Source: Marsupella aquatica (taxonomy: Eukaryota; Plantae; Marchantiophyta). Taken from it: a DNA stretch of 64,000 bases. The stretch lies in the NCBI GenBank assembly GCA_973895155.1, contig OZ316891.1, positions 14,539,037 through 14,603,036 of the forward strand, read 5' to 3'. The translations under genes and the position numbers were made by a program. Positions 50,801-62,735 of this stretch are shown here, one piece after another. How positions within the stretch are numbered: the stretch's first letter is position 1; each line of letters opens with the position of its first letter. The notes under the pieces were generated by a model, which saw nothing but the letters and a program-made list of their open reading frames with translations, had not been told where the DNA came from and made no database searches.

Positions 50801-53800
50801 CAACAACTTTCTGAGCGAGCCAACTCAATTCACTCATATATACATAAAGTTAAAGTCATAGAATGTTTACAGTGATATATACCATTCAATGCCAACATGA
50901 GTGCAGGGGGATTTGCGTTGTCAACGTATTGGTTTATATAGAGAGGAGGAACCTTGCTGTACGCCGTTAAAGCAACTCATACTGTCAGTACATGTGAGAC
51001 AAATACACCAGTGTCTCAAATAGTACAACCAAACCCGTCCGGTATTTAAGAAACGATTTTATCATAGCCCCATTTTATTTAGATCACAGTATCTTATAGA
51101 AACAATGATAGAAAGGTGTCAGACGAAACGGACTCGGTTTTTGCCCCACACGTGCATCATAATCGCGTGCTTTTTAGGAAAGCTCAAACCGCAGAAGAAT
51201 TAAATATCTAAGTTATCATGTCGCAGACTCGAAAAACAAGATATCTACTACTAAAGTGCACCCGTTGATAATCCAGAAGTACGAAAAGAAGTTTTTAAAT
51301 AACATACCTCAATGCCTCCTCGCCCAGAATCAGCTCACGTGGAATCCAGCCATCCATGTTTACTAGATCTAACCAGTTTGCAATGATCTCCAGACTGATA
51401 CCACGATCCCAACGACTGCCATATCCACCGATGACCAATTGAGGGAATTGCCTAGAAAGTGACTAGTACTTTTCTTCATCCAGCTCACAATTCCTTTAAT
51501 TTTAGGCGAGATCTTCATCGTTCTGTTGCAGGGCAAAGCCGGACCTCTAATACGAAATGATGAATTTCCCATACCTGATCAGAAGTTGATGAAATCCTTC
51601 ATCCCAGAGAAACCCTCGAGGGAAAACAGATCGGCTGGGGACAGCAGTGTACAGGCTAGCGACCCAGTACTCCCAATGATCACTACTCTTCCAGTTCGAG
51701 TCCTGTGGGCCCAGTGTGACAACAATGTCAGCCTCATCCCAAGCTGACGACGGAAAAGTACAAAATTGCTCTGGACAATAATTGCCAACAACATCGATTG
51801 GATGGAAACACTCATCTTTCTGCTGTAAATGGCTTGCATGAGTAATGACGCTTAGAATCTATCACATACCTGAAATTCAGTAGGGATGGCAACACGGGTC
51901 TGCCCATGAAAGTAACCGATGCCCCCTAGCATGTTGCTAAGGGCAACTCTCGCAGCCTCGAGTTCATTTTCGCCATCTACCTGACAATATGAAATAGGTA
52001 GAAACTTTGGTTTAAATACTGGCATATTGGAGGAATAGCTACAGACACAATTCTGAAGTTCATCAATATCCAGCAAGTGTCACAGTTTACTGAACAACTG
52101 TTGACAGTTCCACACACAATATTTGTACTTAATCACTACATTATCAGAATAGGCGCACCCATGACTAGGTAGCAGCCGGAGGCATTAGCATAAGATCTAC
52201 CGTTCACGAGTGCCACCTTCATCCATGAGGTACCTTCTCGTGAAGTTGAAAGGCATTTCGGAACCTTTCCTCGAATGCAAGCTCCCTCTTGGCTATCTTC
52301 TTGTCAAGGGCAGGTCCTGCCAACGTATAATCCAGTCAATTTCACCTCTTTATACCTCACTATTCAAAGACATCCAGAAATGATTAGACGAAAGGAAATC
52401 TGGAAACTGAAAACTGAGAACTGACAGCTACGATTGGCCACAAGTCTGCGTCCTACAGAGTTCGTGATTCACCTGTCAGATTCTCCACCCGAATTGACTC
52501 ATTACTAACTCCTGAGACGAAAGCAAGATCCGCCTCGAACGGTACTGTTCCTGTTAACTGCACGGACATGTCGTTAATTGGGCACCAGACGTACACTTAG
52601 GAACCCAAACCTTTGTTTGGTGTTCTCTGAGCACTTGTCATCGCCATCAACTCGCCTGACAATCTCTTCCTGCATAGCTGAATCACAACTTCTCCGGTAT
52701 GTTAAAGCCCGGCTGATTAATACCTCCAGTTTCTTCATTATCATTATTGACTTCATACGATGTTAGCACTGTTGATGAAACACACTAGTAAGTACCTGAA
52801 TGACCCCAACGTTGGGATCTTTCCTGGAAATATTTGGCAATTTCCAACTCCCCTTCGGATTTTCCTACAGGAATGGAAACGAATGATTAATAAATCAGGA
52901 AGTGCCAACAAACCGTCTGCAACAGAGTGCTGTTACCGGCAGCGAGATGAAGAAAATGGGCAAGGGAAGGAATGAATTGAATACACACTTCGTCCGCTGT
53001 TTCCTTCACGGCATGTGCAAGCGTGGACATCGTCATGTGCTGTAATCCTGCATAGTTCATGGTCACGCCATCCTGCTGCATAGAAATATTTGGCATAAGA
53101 TACTTTCACAACACCGCCTTGAAACAAGACAAGCAGACTGCCGCCAGTCAAACGATAAGACATACAACGGAAAGCAGACATTCGAAAGAAATTTCCTTGC
53201 AGACTGCAGTTGCCTAAGCTACCTTGTATTTGGCATGAAGTTGCCAGTTCCCGATGACGTCATTGCGACCACTCGCAAACGGGGCATCTTCAGGAGTTGT
53301 ACGAGGGTCAGGTGACAGGTTTACCACTGTTCCTGCTTCCTCGGCGACGTAGAATAAAATTGATCGTGTTTTGCTGCTATACCCCAAAACAGACAACTCT
53401 CAAAACTCCGACATTGAAGAGCTTGTACTCATTGACCATCCACTTAAACAGAAATTGCGAGCATCGAAGGTACTATTAGTCGCATAAAATGCCACCTGAT
53501 CTTACTCCGTTTTATGCGACGTTTCGCTCTCCCTTTCGACTTTGATACGGACCACCCAATCCCCTCCGTAGCCACTGCCTTGTTCGGCGCTTTTCAAAAA
53601 GTAGGTTGTCAATACCAGACCATTATCGACTAACACCTGCAAGAATCTCCGGACAGATTGAGCTAAGGACGTTTCTAAGTTCAGGGCAAGATCCAGTCGA
53701 CTGAAATGCCCTTTCTCGACCTTCACATCATGTGAGCGATCTCCATCTCTCCATCGATCAAAGCTGATAGATGTCCATCTACCGAAGAAACCAGGGCCTT

Positions 53801-55048
53801 GGGAAATTAGCCAAAAATGAATGAGACCTCAAGCAGCAGGACGTCAAGGAACTTCTGGTGTCTGGTGATTTGAACAAACCTGCCGCCCATACGTAGACCC
53901 ATCATGCCGGATCCAACTCCATCTCGTCAAATCATCACTGTCTTCACAGTAATGACGGAGGCTCTGTTTCCCGTCCTCAAAATGGGGCCACATCAAACCT
54001 GCTATGACAGACTGGGGCGCTCTGCACAAAATTAAATTTCAATCACAAAATTATTAAAACTAAATTTTTGCTACAGTATGACTGGACACCGAATGAACTT
54101 GCAAGTTGCAATACAGGCGAAGAAGGGGGCAGCGTTTCAATGTACCTGGAGCCAATACCCAAGTAACAGAAGGGGCGGTAAGTCCCCCAGTATAAACGCT
54201 CCCGATGATCTCCTCCAAACTACAATCATGCAACACCCGGGAACAATGCATCAGGAACAACAGACTGCCAGCTCCTACAGTACCCGCATCTGATCTGCTC
54301 ATTCCTGGCTAGACAATCCGTCACAGCTTATCAGAACCCGTCTCAATGCTAGTCTTTCGAATGTGATGTCTCGAGAGAAAAGGCATGGACATAATTGTTG
54401 CGAAATTACCAAGAACAACATTGCTATCCGACACGTAGTAGGGATCTCGGTACGCGACAATAGCACATTTCCATCTTCATACATTAGAAAAATAGAATTG
54501 ACAGTCCTAGAAACGACATGTTTGATCACGGAATGACAAGGAAACTTTGCTGGCCAATGGAAGAGCGTCGTTCTAGCGAATTCACAGAACTTGTGCAAAG
54601 TTTAAGACGTCTACTGATCACTGAAACATAACTATAACGACAAATGTAGGAGACTGCAGAACACCTTTCGAGCCCAAGGCTCAAATTCACGAACACTGCA
54701 CTATCCATCATTTTGCACTTAAAGGACCACTGTGCTGTCTCGCGAAACCGTCATGATCATTCGCCATGAATGTGAATCTGGAGAGACCACCAGGGATCTG
54801 GATCCGGGATTGGGATACAGATTAGAACCCGCATTCCGCTCAGGAGCTTCAAATCTACTGTACGAAAAATCATAGCTGAATCAATATAATTTGGGATCGA
54901 CTGCAGCTGTCCCCGGATTTGCACTGATTTCAAATTCGGTTCTTCTTACCTGTGGCAGATCCGAAACTCGTGGGACAGGCAGGGGAGTGATTGTCCGCCT
55001 CCTGGCCTCCTCCATCGCATTGACAGGACGATCGGCGCTCAATCCCAT
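47857..55048 (-). CDS. GCS1: Mannosyl-oligosaccharide glucosidase (ER glucosidase I, GH63), multi-exon; start uncertain
   Basis: Exon translations in order: [15 protein letters not shown]; [16 protein letters not shown] (about 54220-54145); GLMW...[27 protein letters not shown]; [10 protein letters not shown]; [14 protein letters not shown]; [26 protein letters not shown]; [10 protein letters not shown]; ANPP; [15 protein letters not shown]; [13 protein letters not shown]; GYIWENYD...[12 protein letters not shown]. Stop TAA at 47859-47857. Confidence 0.93.
48018..48190. repeat. ~95-bp tandem duplication in the last GCS1 intron
   Basis: CCCAATCAGTTCACAAA.CAATCCTTCCTAGA...CACTCAAT.AAATTCACTCAAAATGCCAATGCAC.AGTGTTC occurs twice. 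Confidence 0.85.
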
Positions 55049-55614
55049 GGTCGGAGACTTTTCTTCAGATCCACCAACCGTGCCGCAAGTCCGATGTCTC
55101 AGAGCTGGTGCCGAGAATGTCCTCCCCACGGGCGCTGATCTGGCTGCAGCTAGAGGTCGGCACCCTGTTGTGGGTAATCCGCTGTCGAGCTGAGCAGGAA
55201 AAAATCGAATGTGGAACGGAAGAAAGCATGCGCTGATGGATGAAATCCCGGAAGAAGCGAGCGTTTCATTCCATGATTGCCTTCTTCGTTCCCAATTGAA
55301 AGACCGCCAGAGACATTGCTCGAACGAATCACTGCCTCTCGCCAAAACGAAAGCAACGCACTGGACGATCTCCACTCCTGCATCTGTTGCTGCTGGCTAC
55401 TTATTGAGAGTGGAGCTGAGGCGATCGAGGTGACAAGCGCGAGCATCGTCGCACGTTGTCGAAATGTTCGGACTGTTCTCCTTCAGTCTTGTTTCGTATG
55501 CTTGTTCTCGTGGAACCCGCAATTAATCATGCATCGTCGACATTGATACGATCCACATCAGCCACTGGGTCCGAACCAATCACACGACCCACCACGATTG
55601 CAAACTCTAGTGTA

Positions 55615-55767
55615 GTTAGAGCATCTCCAAACGTTGCAGGGGTTTGGTTTATGTGACCACACATAGTTAGAGCATCTCCAAAGGTTGCAGGGGTTTGGTT
55701 TATGTGACCACACGTGGTTAGAGCATCTCCAAAGGTTGCAGGGGTTTGGTTTATGTGACCACACGTT
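55615..55767. repeat. 51-bp tandem repeat x3 beginning with a PIF/Harbinger-like terminus
   Basis: GTTAGAGCATCTCCAAA.GTTGCAGGGGTTTGGTTTATGTGACCACAC... occurs at 55615, 55666 and 55717. Confidence 0.9.
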
Positions 55768-56628
55768 AAAAAATCCACGTCGTCAGCCGCACAATCAGAA
55801 CATAAACCCAGCAACATGCTCTTCAAATGGCTAGAACATAAACCAAAAGACATAATGGCTAGAACATAAACCAAAAGACATGTTGTTCAAATAGTTTGAT
55901 TTGTAAATCATAAATATAATATTTTGGTTTATATTCTGGTGTACAGTGTGCATACTGTAAGGAGAGAGTAATTTCCTGCCATCCCTGTCTGCGCCATATA
56001 TAATATAAATAAAATAATAACGGATATAATAGTTTTGGACACCACTTGTCTAGCAAAATACTGTAGTTCTAGCAACCACCAATGTAAACTCTACTGTAGT
56101 TAGACGATCAGCAAAAGGTTACGTGGTTTGGTAACTGTAACAAGAAGTACCTTAGTGGCATCCCTGTTTGCACCATATATAGATAGTAAACAATTATTAT
56201 TATTATTTTAATTTTTTTATTTAGAATTATTGTGCCTCAAAGCTGACAATTTGATGTACCTTAACTTCATAGTTATGGGTTTGCGTCATATATAGATAAA
56301 CAGCTATAATTATTATGTTCTCCAAGGCTGACAATCCCATGGACCTTAACTCTCTAGTTATGGGTTACGGGCACATAACATTAATATGGACTATAAAATT
56401 CCTAGTTATGCCATTGCCGTCAGTCATGCTAGAGGCTAAGGAAAGAAAACCCAATAACAAATGTAGTAGAGAATCAACATTGTCTCCCAAGACAAATCAA
56501 GTAACTCAACCCTGCGCCAATAAATTCAATAGCATTAGAGTGAATGGGTAGGATCTGACTTTTTGCATTTTAGGTACTGGGCTCAGCCAACACCCAATAA
56601 GGCTTTCATGTAAGGGAAGGAGATGCTC
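55619..56628. mobile_element. Putative non-autonomous PIF/Harbinger (Tourist-like) element
   Basis: TTA|GAGCATCTCC (55619) pairs with GGAGATGCTC|TTA (56628): a perfect 10-bp TIR with TTA on both sides, typical of PIF/Harbinger. The TIR is short, so chance pairing is possible. Confidence 0.45.
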
Positions 56629-56919
56629 TTACACCTGACACCACGTTCGTGATGAAAGAGCTGTTTGGATTACCCTAGGTTATTCCGCTGTGGACTATAT
56701 CCTACAATATAGTAAATATTTTTATGACTATTGTCCATGGTCCATAAATGTCCTCTGGTTCTAACTTTCAAGACAAAGAACTCTTTGCTCAAGGAATCTC
56801 ATCTCCCCCCCTCCTACTCAGCCACCATGTCAACTCTTCACCCTTGCTGATGTTGTGCTGTTTATTTTCCAGAATCTGATAGTAATATCCTAAAATATCC
56901 CTTTGGTATACACGTTCCA

Positions 56920-58075
56920 GGTTTGAGATTGCCACAAGGGACTGAACAAGTGATTATGGATGGCAACATTTTTTAAGGTCCCACTATCACATGGCCAAGG
57001 GGACTGAACAACTGATTATCCATGTCAGCATAGTTGGAGATCTCACTATCGTGGACACCACGCTATACGTATGCATAGTTGGATTTTTCATGAATGCACA
57101 CTGTTGCGCTAGGTCTGGATGTGATTTTGCTAAAAATCCTCATTGTCAATAGAGAATTATTGTAAAGGCTAATTATCATATACATTTGTGCATGCTAGGG
57201 CGATAATGAAGACTCATTCATTTGCGCTCATGAAGTACCGATTAATTTTCTTTGTACTGTCATCATCTATGTCTGCTCCTGCACTTGCTGTCTCGTGATT
57301 TTTGAAAACATGCACCTTTTGTCCATTGTTTAAAGCAAGAATGCCTCAAACACAATTATGTTTAGGCGGTTTGCACATCATTTCTTTGGCATGCACCTTC
57401 TGTCCATTGTTTAGAGCATGAATGCCTCAAACACAATGATGTTTAAGCGGTTTGCGCATCATTTCTTTGGCATTGACATGTTGTTGTTTAAAGTCAAGGT
57501 TGATCACGCATTTTCAGCCTCTAGAGCAAATTAGTTTTACCAGCAATCACATAGACTAAATTTTCTGGTGTTTTCTACCCCCAATGCAAAATAAACAAAA
57601 ATAGCCAGAAGTAAAGTTTAAAACCCAGCTTACTGTGCCCCTTTGATAACCGTGAACTAACCTACCGTGCATGGCTAAAAACCATTTGCAAAATGCCACA
57701 CCAAAAGGACCCAAATAGCATTGTTCGGCTGTGTTACTCATCACTGTTGTATCACTCAGGCAAGGGACTGAACAAGTGATTATGCATGGCAACATTTTTG
57801 GAGATCCCACTATCACATGGGCAAGGGGACTGAGCAGGTGGTTATGCATGGCAGCAGTTTTGGACATCCCCCTATCACATGGGCAAGGTCACTGAACAAG
57901 TGATCATGCATGCCAACAGTTGATACCAGTATCACATGGGCCAGGTTCCAGTTTTGAGATTCCACCACAACTGGCTGAACAAGTGATCATGCATGGCAGC
58001 AGTTTTGGAGATCCCAATGTCACATGGGCAATGTTCTAGGTTTGAGATTCCACCACAAGTGACTGAGCAAGTGTT
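56920..58075. repeat. Degenerate ~62-bp repeat family in two clusters, plus an ~82-bp duplication (57310-57472)
   Basis: CAAGGG.CTGAACAAGTGATTATGCATGGCA.CA.TTTT.GAGATCCCACTATCACATGGG units at about 56935, 56996, 57760, 57822, 57884 and 57970. Confidence 0.75.
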
Positions 58076-58631
58076 TTGGTATAACTGGCCCATTTCTAGA
58101 CACAATTATTCTAACTTATTCAGTGGAATCATTCTAAAAATAGCTACGTTAATTGCATGGATCAATAGTTTAATCAACCAAACACACAGTTTAATAAACT
58201 AAGTATCCTTCTAAACAGGTGGGATAGTCTGGTTACAAATAGGAAAAAGGCGGGAGTCAATTTGGACCCTTCATCATTACAAAATGGTTTCTTGGCACCG
58301 TCAGATCCACTCCTATACTCCTCCTATCTCACCTATCTATTGGAGCTGACCTGCTCCTGCCCGCATCTTACCAGGATGGAAAAATAACATTTTTTTAATG
58401 CAAAAATAAAATAATAAAAACTACACTTTAAATACATATAAAAGATTCAAATGTATATATATATATATAAATTTTTGTCTCCAAGTTGTCTCATCTTGAC
58501 ATTTTGCACAACAATTTCTGACTACCTTGCCACTAAAAATGGTCTAATTAACAATACTACTGCAGTGTTTTTTGTATTTACAAATATGCCATGGTTTTAT
58601 ATATGGATGACAAGCTCACCAATGTAACCAA

Positions 58632-59273
58632 TGTTGAGTATTGCTCTTAGTCTTGTGACTCTAGAGCTAACTACAATTAGGCTAACTCAGGCTAGGACTT
58701 AGCTTAGGTTAGCAGTGATGCATGTTGTATTCCCCCAAAACTTTGCGCGTGATATAGGGCACCCCTTGGATTGAGGCCCCCGAGCAAGACAAGTTTATGT
58801 GTTTTCGCTGGTTCTCTCCAATATAAAGTTGCTTCCAGCCCTGCCCTTTTTGGGGGGAAAAAACACTAAATGTATTCCAACTAATGCGGGAGACCTAGTT
58901 AGGTGATTGTCTAGAATTTCCTGCTGAGGATACCATATGGTAGCAATAGTCCAGTCCCCAAGGCTAGAGTCAAGGGGGAGTTGTTGAGTATTGCTCTTAG
59001 TCTTGTGACTCTATAACTAACCGCAGTTAGGCTAACTCAGGCTAGGACTTAGCTTAGGTTAGCAGTGATGCATGTTGTATATAACCATGGCTGACGCAAG
59101 CCCTTAGTGGATCTTCAATTCATTGTTGGAGTGGAGCAAGAGAGAAGTACAAGTCTCTTGTTTTCCTGTGGACGTAGCCTCAGTCGAGAAGTGAACCACG
59201 TTCTCGCTGTGTCAACTACTTTGTATGGTGTTTACATGTGCATGGTGTCTCGGGATAAGAATTATCCCCAACA
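58632..59273 (+). mobile_element. Internally deleted Copia-type LTR element / TRIM-like relic
   Basis: The 5' LTR start TGTTGAGTATTGCTCTTAG... (58632-58730) is repeated at 58982. The PPT CAAGGGGGAG lies just before the 3' LTR. The 3' LTR spans 58982-59273 (TGTTG...CAACA). Near-perfect 5-bp TSD ACCAA/ACCAG. Confidence 0.8.
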
Positions 59274-59886
59274 ACCAGGGTAATCATACACCAAAAACCT
59301 GGCATATTTATAACTACAATAAAAAATGTGGTAGTATTGTAAATTTGATCATCTTTAGTGGCAATCTAATAAAAGTCTTTTTGCAGAAACATGATTGCAT
59401 AGATAACATAGTCAAGACAACAACACTTGTTTGCCTCATTTGCAATCATTTATCTCACCTTGACATTGGGCTATCAATTGACAATTTGTGAAAAGCATAG
59501 CCAAGTTTTGTTACACCAATAACCACATGGCGGCAACAATTGCATGGTCACGACTACATTCCTCACCTGCCATCTCAATATTTTTAAGAACCTGACTACA
59601 CAAATGACACATTGAATGACAAGACTTTTTTGCCTCATTTGGGATTGCTTACCTCACGTCAGCATTTAGGTGCACCTGATGGCCTAGAATTGTTGCACCA
59701 ACAATTGCATGGTCACAAGGACAAATCTCACATACAATTTGCCTCATCTCAACAATTTTATGCCATGCATGGCTATCATTCCCGCTAACATTGCACCAAC
59801 AAGAACATGGCTACAATGATCATTCTTCAATGCACAGGGATTGGGCTATCAAACACACTAGGATATGCAATGGTGCTTTTTGGTGG

Positions 59887-60178
59887 TGTTAGGAATTGAC
59901 TCGAGTTCCCGACTTAGTTAGTTTGGCCTTACTAGGGTTAGTTAACCCTGGATTACATTAGGATAAGATCTGCTTAGTTTAGGTCCACTCATCTTGGCCC
60001 CCTTGGGAGTATGGGCTGGAGGGAGAGAACTCTCTCCCTCATTCTTCACATGTACTCTCATTTGCTATGGAGCCTTTAGGAGTTTCTCCACTCGGGGTGT
60101 CTCGTCGGTGTAGCGTCTGATTGAGTGTCTCTCATGTTTCCGCATTGCTGTCTAGTCCGGAGCAGACGGTTTCTTACA
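59887..60178. mobile_element. Solo LTR (292 bp)
   Basis: Termini TGTTAG...CTTACA are flanked by an exact 5-bp TSD GGTGG (59882-59886 and 60179-60183). Confidence 0.8.
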
Positions 60179-60762
60179 GGTGGTAGTGTTTAATATTTAC
60201 AAAAACCAAAAATGGTGTTGGATGGCATGTGGTTGTCCACCAAAAAACACTTATCAAGTGTTGTTCGACTGGAAAAACCCCTGCCTCCATATGATTGTTA
60301 CTGTCTTGAGGGTTCACTTCCACGTGTAACTTTAAGTATCTAGCCAGGGTCATTTTAATCATTTTGAGAAAGAATTCTTAAGATGTTAGTCAGAATATAG
60401 GGTTTTCTAATTTAAAAATGCATACATGTCAATATATGATTAGTGTCGCATAATTTTTTGAAAAATGACAAGGGGGTCATAGATAATCCAAACCGTCACA
60501 CGTGATATATATGGCCCTCCATGTTATAGTGACCCCTTGAGGTTAAAGTGCGCTTGGGTATCCCGAGGCCTACAAAATACAAAGAGCCTGAAGAATGTTG
60601 TGGGGATGAGGTTCTTTATTGAACATGAATAAAGATTGCATGTTCTCTTTTACTTCTAATCATATTTGCAGTACTAAGTATGTAAATTTACATCATTCTT
60701 ACTTTGTAGATCCCTTGCGCATATGAAGGTTTGCATTCCCTAGACATTAAGCAATATATAAA

Positions 60763-62735
60763 CATGATTTTGGACCGACCGAGAAGTGTGACACACTTCT
60801 CGTTTAGCCCGATTCCATTTTTTTTCTAAGGCAATGCAATCTCCGATAAAACTGCCAAAAAATTGAAAAAACATGAGTTGCCTACATTGCATCGCCGTGG
60901 GAATGTAGGGAGCGATACGTGCATCGGGTTTTACATTTGGTCTGTGAAAAAGTCCGAACTGCGAGTAAATTGGTCCGAACCACGTAATCGAGGGTCGACC
61001 ACGCACTAACCCAGGTTAGTGCAAATGTAACCATGGTTAACGGGAAAAAGAAACCATGGTTAGAGCATCCCCTATATAAAAAGGAGCGGACTGCCCATGA
61101 AAGGTTTATTTTTTCCGGAGCAAACAACACCTCACTCAGAGCGAATACGTACTGGACTCCTATCAAGTCTTACATTCCTCACAAGAGACTTGACTCTTTC
61201 TCCAGAGAACCCGATAAATTTATCAGAACTACCATTCCAGTTCGAGTAACATCTATGTAAGGTTGACTTGTCATTTGGTGTCAATGTCCTGACCCGAGCG
61301 GATTGCGATAAATTTATCGCATTCTGCATTCCTCAGTTACATTCTTTTGAAGAATTGAATATGTTTGAAGAACATCAAATAGAATTATAGGAGTGAGCAT
61401 TCATTCCATAGACTATATTCAAGGTCCGGTAAATTTATCAGAGTCTTCATTCCTTTGACGGATTAAGGATTATTTGAGACTCCGATAAATTTATCGGAGT
61501 CTTCATTCCTTTGACGGATTAAGGATTATTTGAGACTCCGATAAATTTATCGGAGTCTTCATTCCTTTGACGGATTGAGGATTAGTTGAGACTCTGATAA
61601 ATTTATTGGAGCCTCCATTCATCTAATGGATTAAGGATTATTTGAGACTCCGATAAATTTATCGGAGTCTTCATTCATCTAATGGATTGAAGATTATTTG
61701 AGACTCCGATAAATTTATCGGAGTCTCCATTCCTGTGATTGATTGAAGATTATTTGAGACTCCAATAATTTTATCGGAGTCTTCATTCCTTTAATGGATT
61801 GAAGATGGTTCAGAGGACATCTGCTAAAATTATCAGAGCGCGCATTCCTATGATGGACTGAGCTTAGGTGTTTGATGGGGTCATGTCTTCTAGGTGAATG
61901 CAAAGTGCGATAAACTTATCGCACCCTCATGGCAACACGATTTTGGACCGACCAAGAAGTGTGACACACTTCTCATTTAGCCCGACACTATTTTTTTTCT
62001 AAGGCAATGCAAACTCCAATAAAATGGATGTCAAATAAAAAAACATCAGTTCTGGACATTGCATCATCGCAGGAATATAGGCAGCGATACGTGCATCAGG
62101 TTTTACATTCGTAACTTTCAAAAGTTGCCCAAAGTCCCAACTGTGAGTAACTTGGTCCCAATCACGTAATCAAGAGTCGACCACGCACTAACCCAGATTA
62201 GTGCAAAGTTAACCATGGTTTGTGGGAAACAGTAACCATGGTTAGAGCATTCCCTATATAAGGAGGAGCGAGATGGCCATAAAAGTTTAGTTTGATCGCC
62301 ATATCAAACAACATTTGTCTTAAAGAAAATACCAAACTCCTGTCAAGTCTTACATTCCTATAAGGAGATTTGAATCTTTCTCTCAAAAACCCGATAAATT
62401 TATCGGAACTTACATTCCGATTCGAGTATTATCAATTATGTAAGGTTTGTTATTCATTCATTATCAATGTGAGAGGATTTCAGTGAACATGCGATAAATT
62501 TATCACAATCCGCATTCCTCTGTTGGATTTAGGATTCCAGCAAACATGCGATAAAACTATCGCAGTCTGCATTCCTTGGTTAGATTCAGGATTTCAACAA
62601 ACATGCGATAATTTTATCGTAGTTTGCATTCCTCTGTTGGATTCAAGATTCCAGCAAACATGCAATAAATTTATCACATTCTGGATTCCTTTGTTCGATA
62701 AATTTTGATAAAGTTTTGATAAATTTATCGTTGTT
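60763..62735. repeat. Composite repeat: two diverged ~570-bp direct repeats, each followed by a 56-57-bp tandem array of palindromic units
   Basis: GATTTTGGACCGACC.AGAAGTGTGACACACTTCTC.TTTAGCCCGA begins at about 60765 and 61940. Seven 56-bp units (61425-61800) carry AGACTCCGATAAATTTATCGGAGTCT. About five 57-bp units (62490-62735) carry GCGATAAATTTATCGC variants. Confidence 0.85.

Noticed and set aside
61425-61800. CRISPR-like array of palindromic repeats with ~30-bp spacers
   Set aside because: The spacers are near-identical to each other, there are no cas genes, and the context is eukaryotic. It is a minisatellite.
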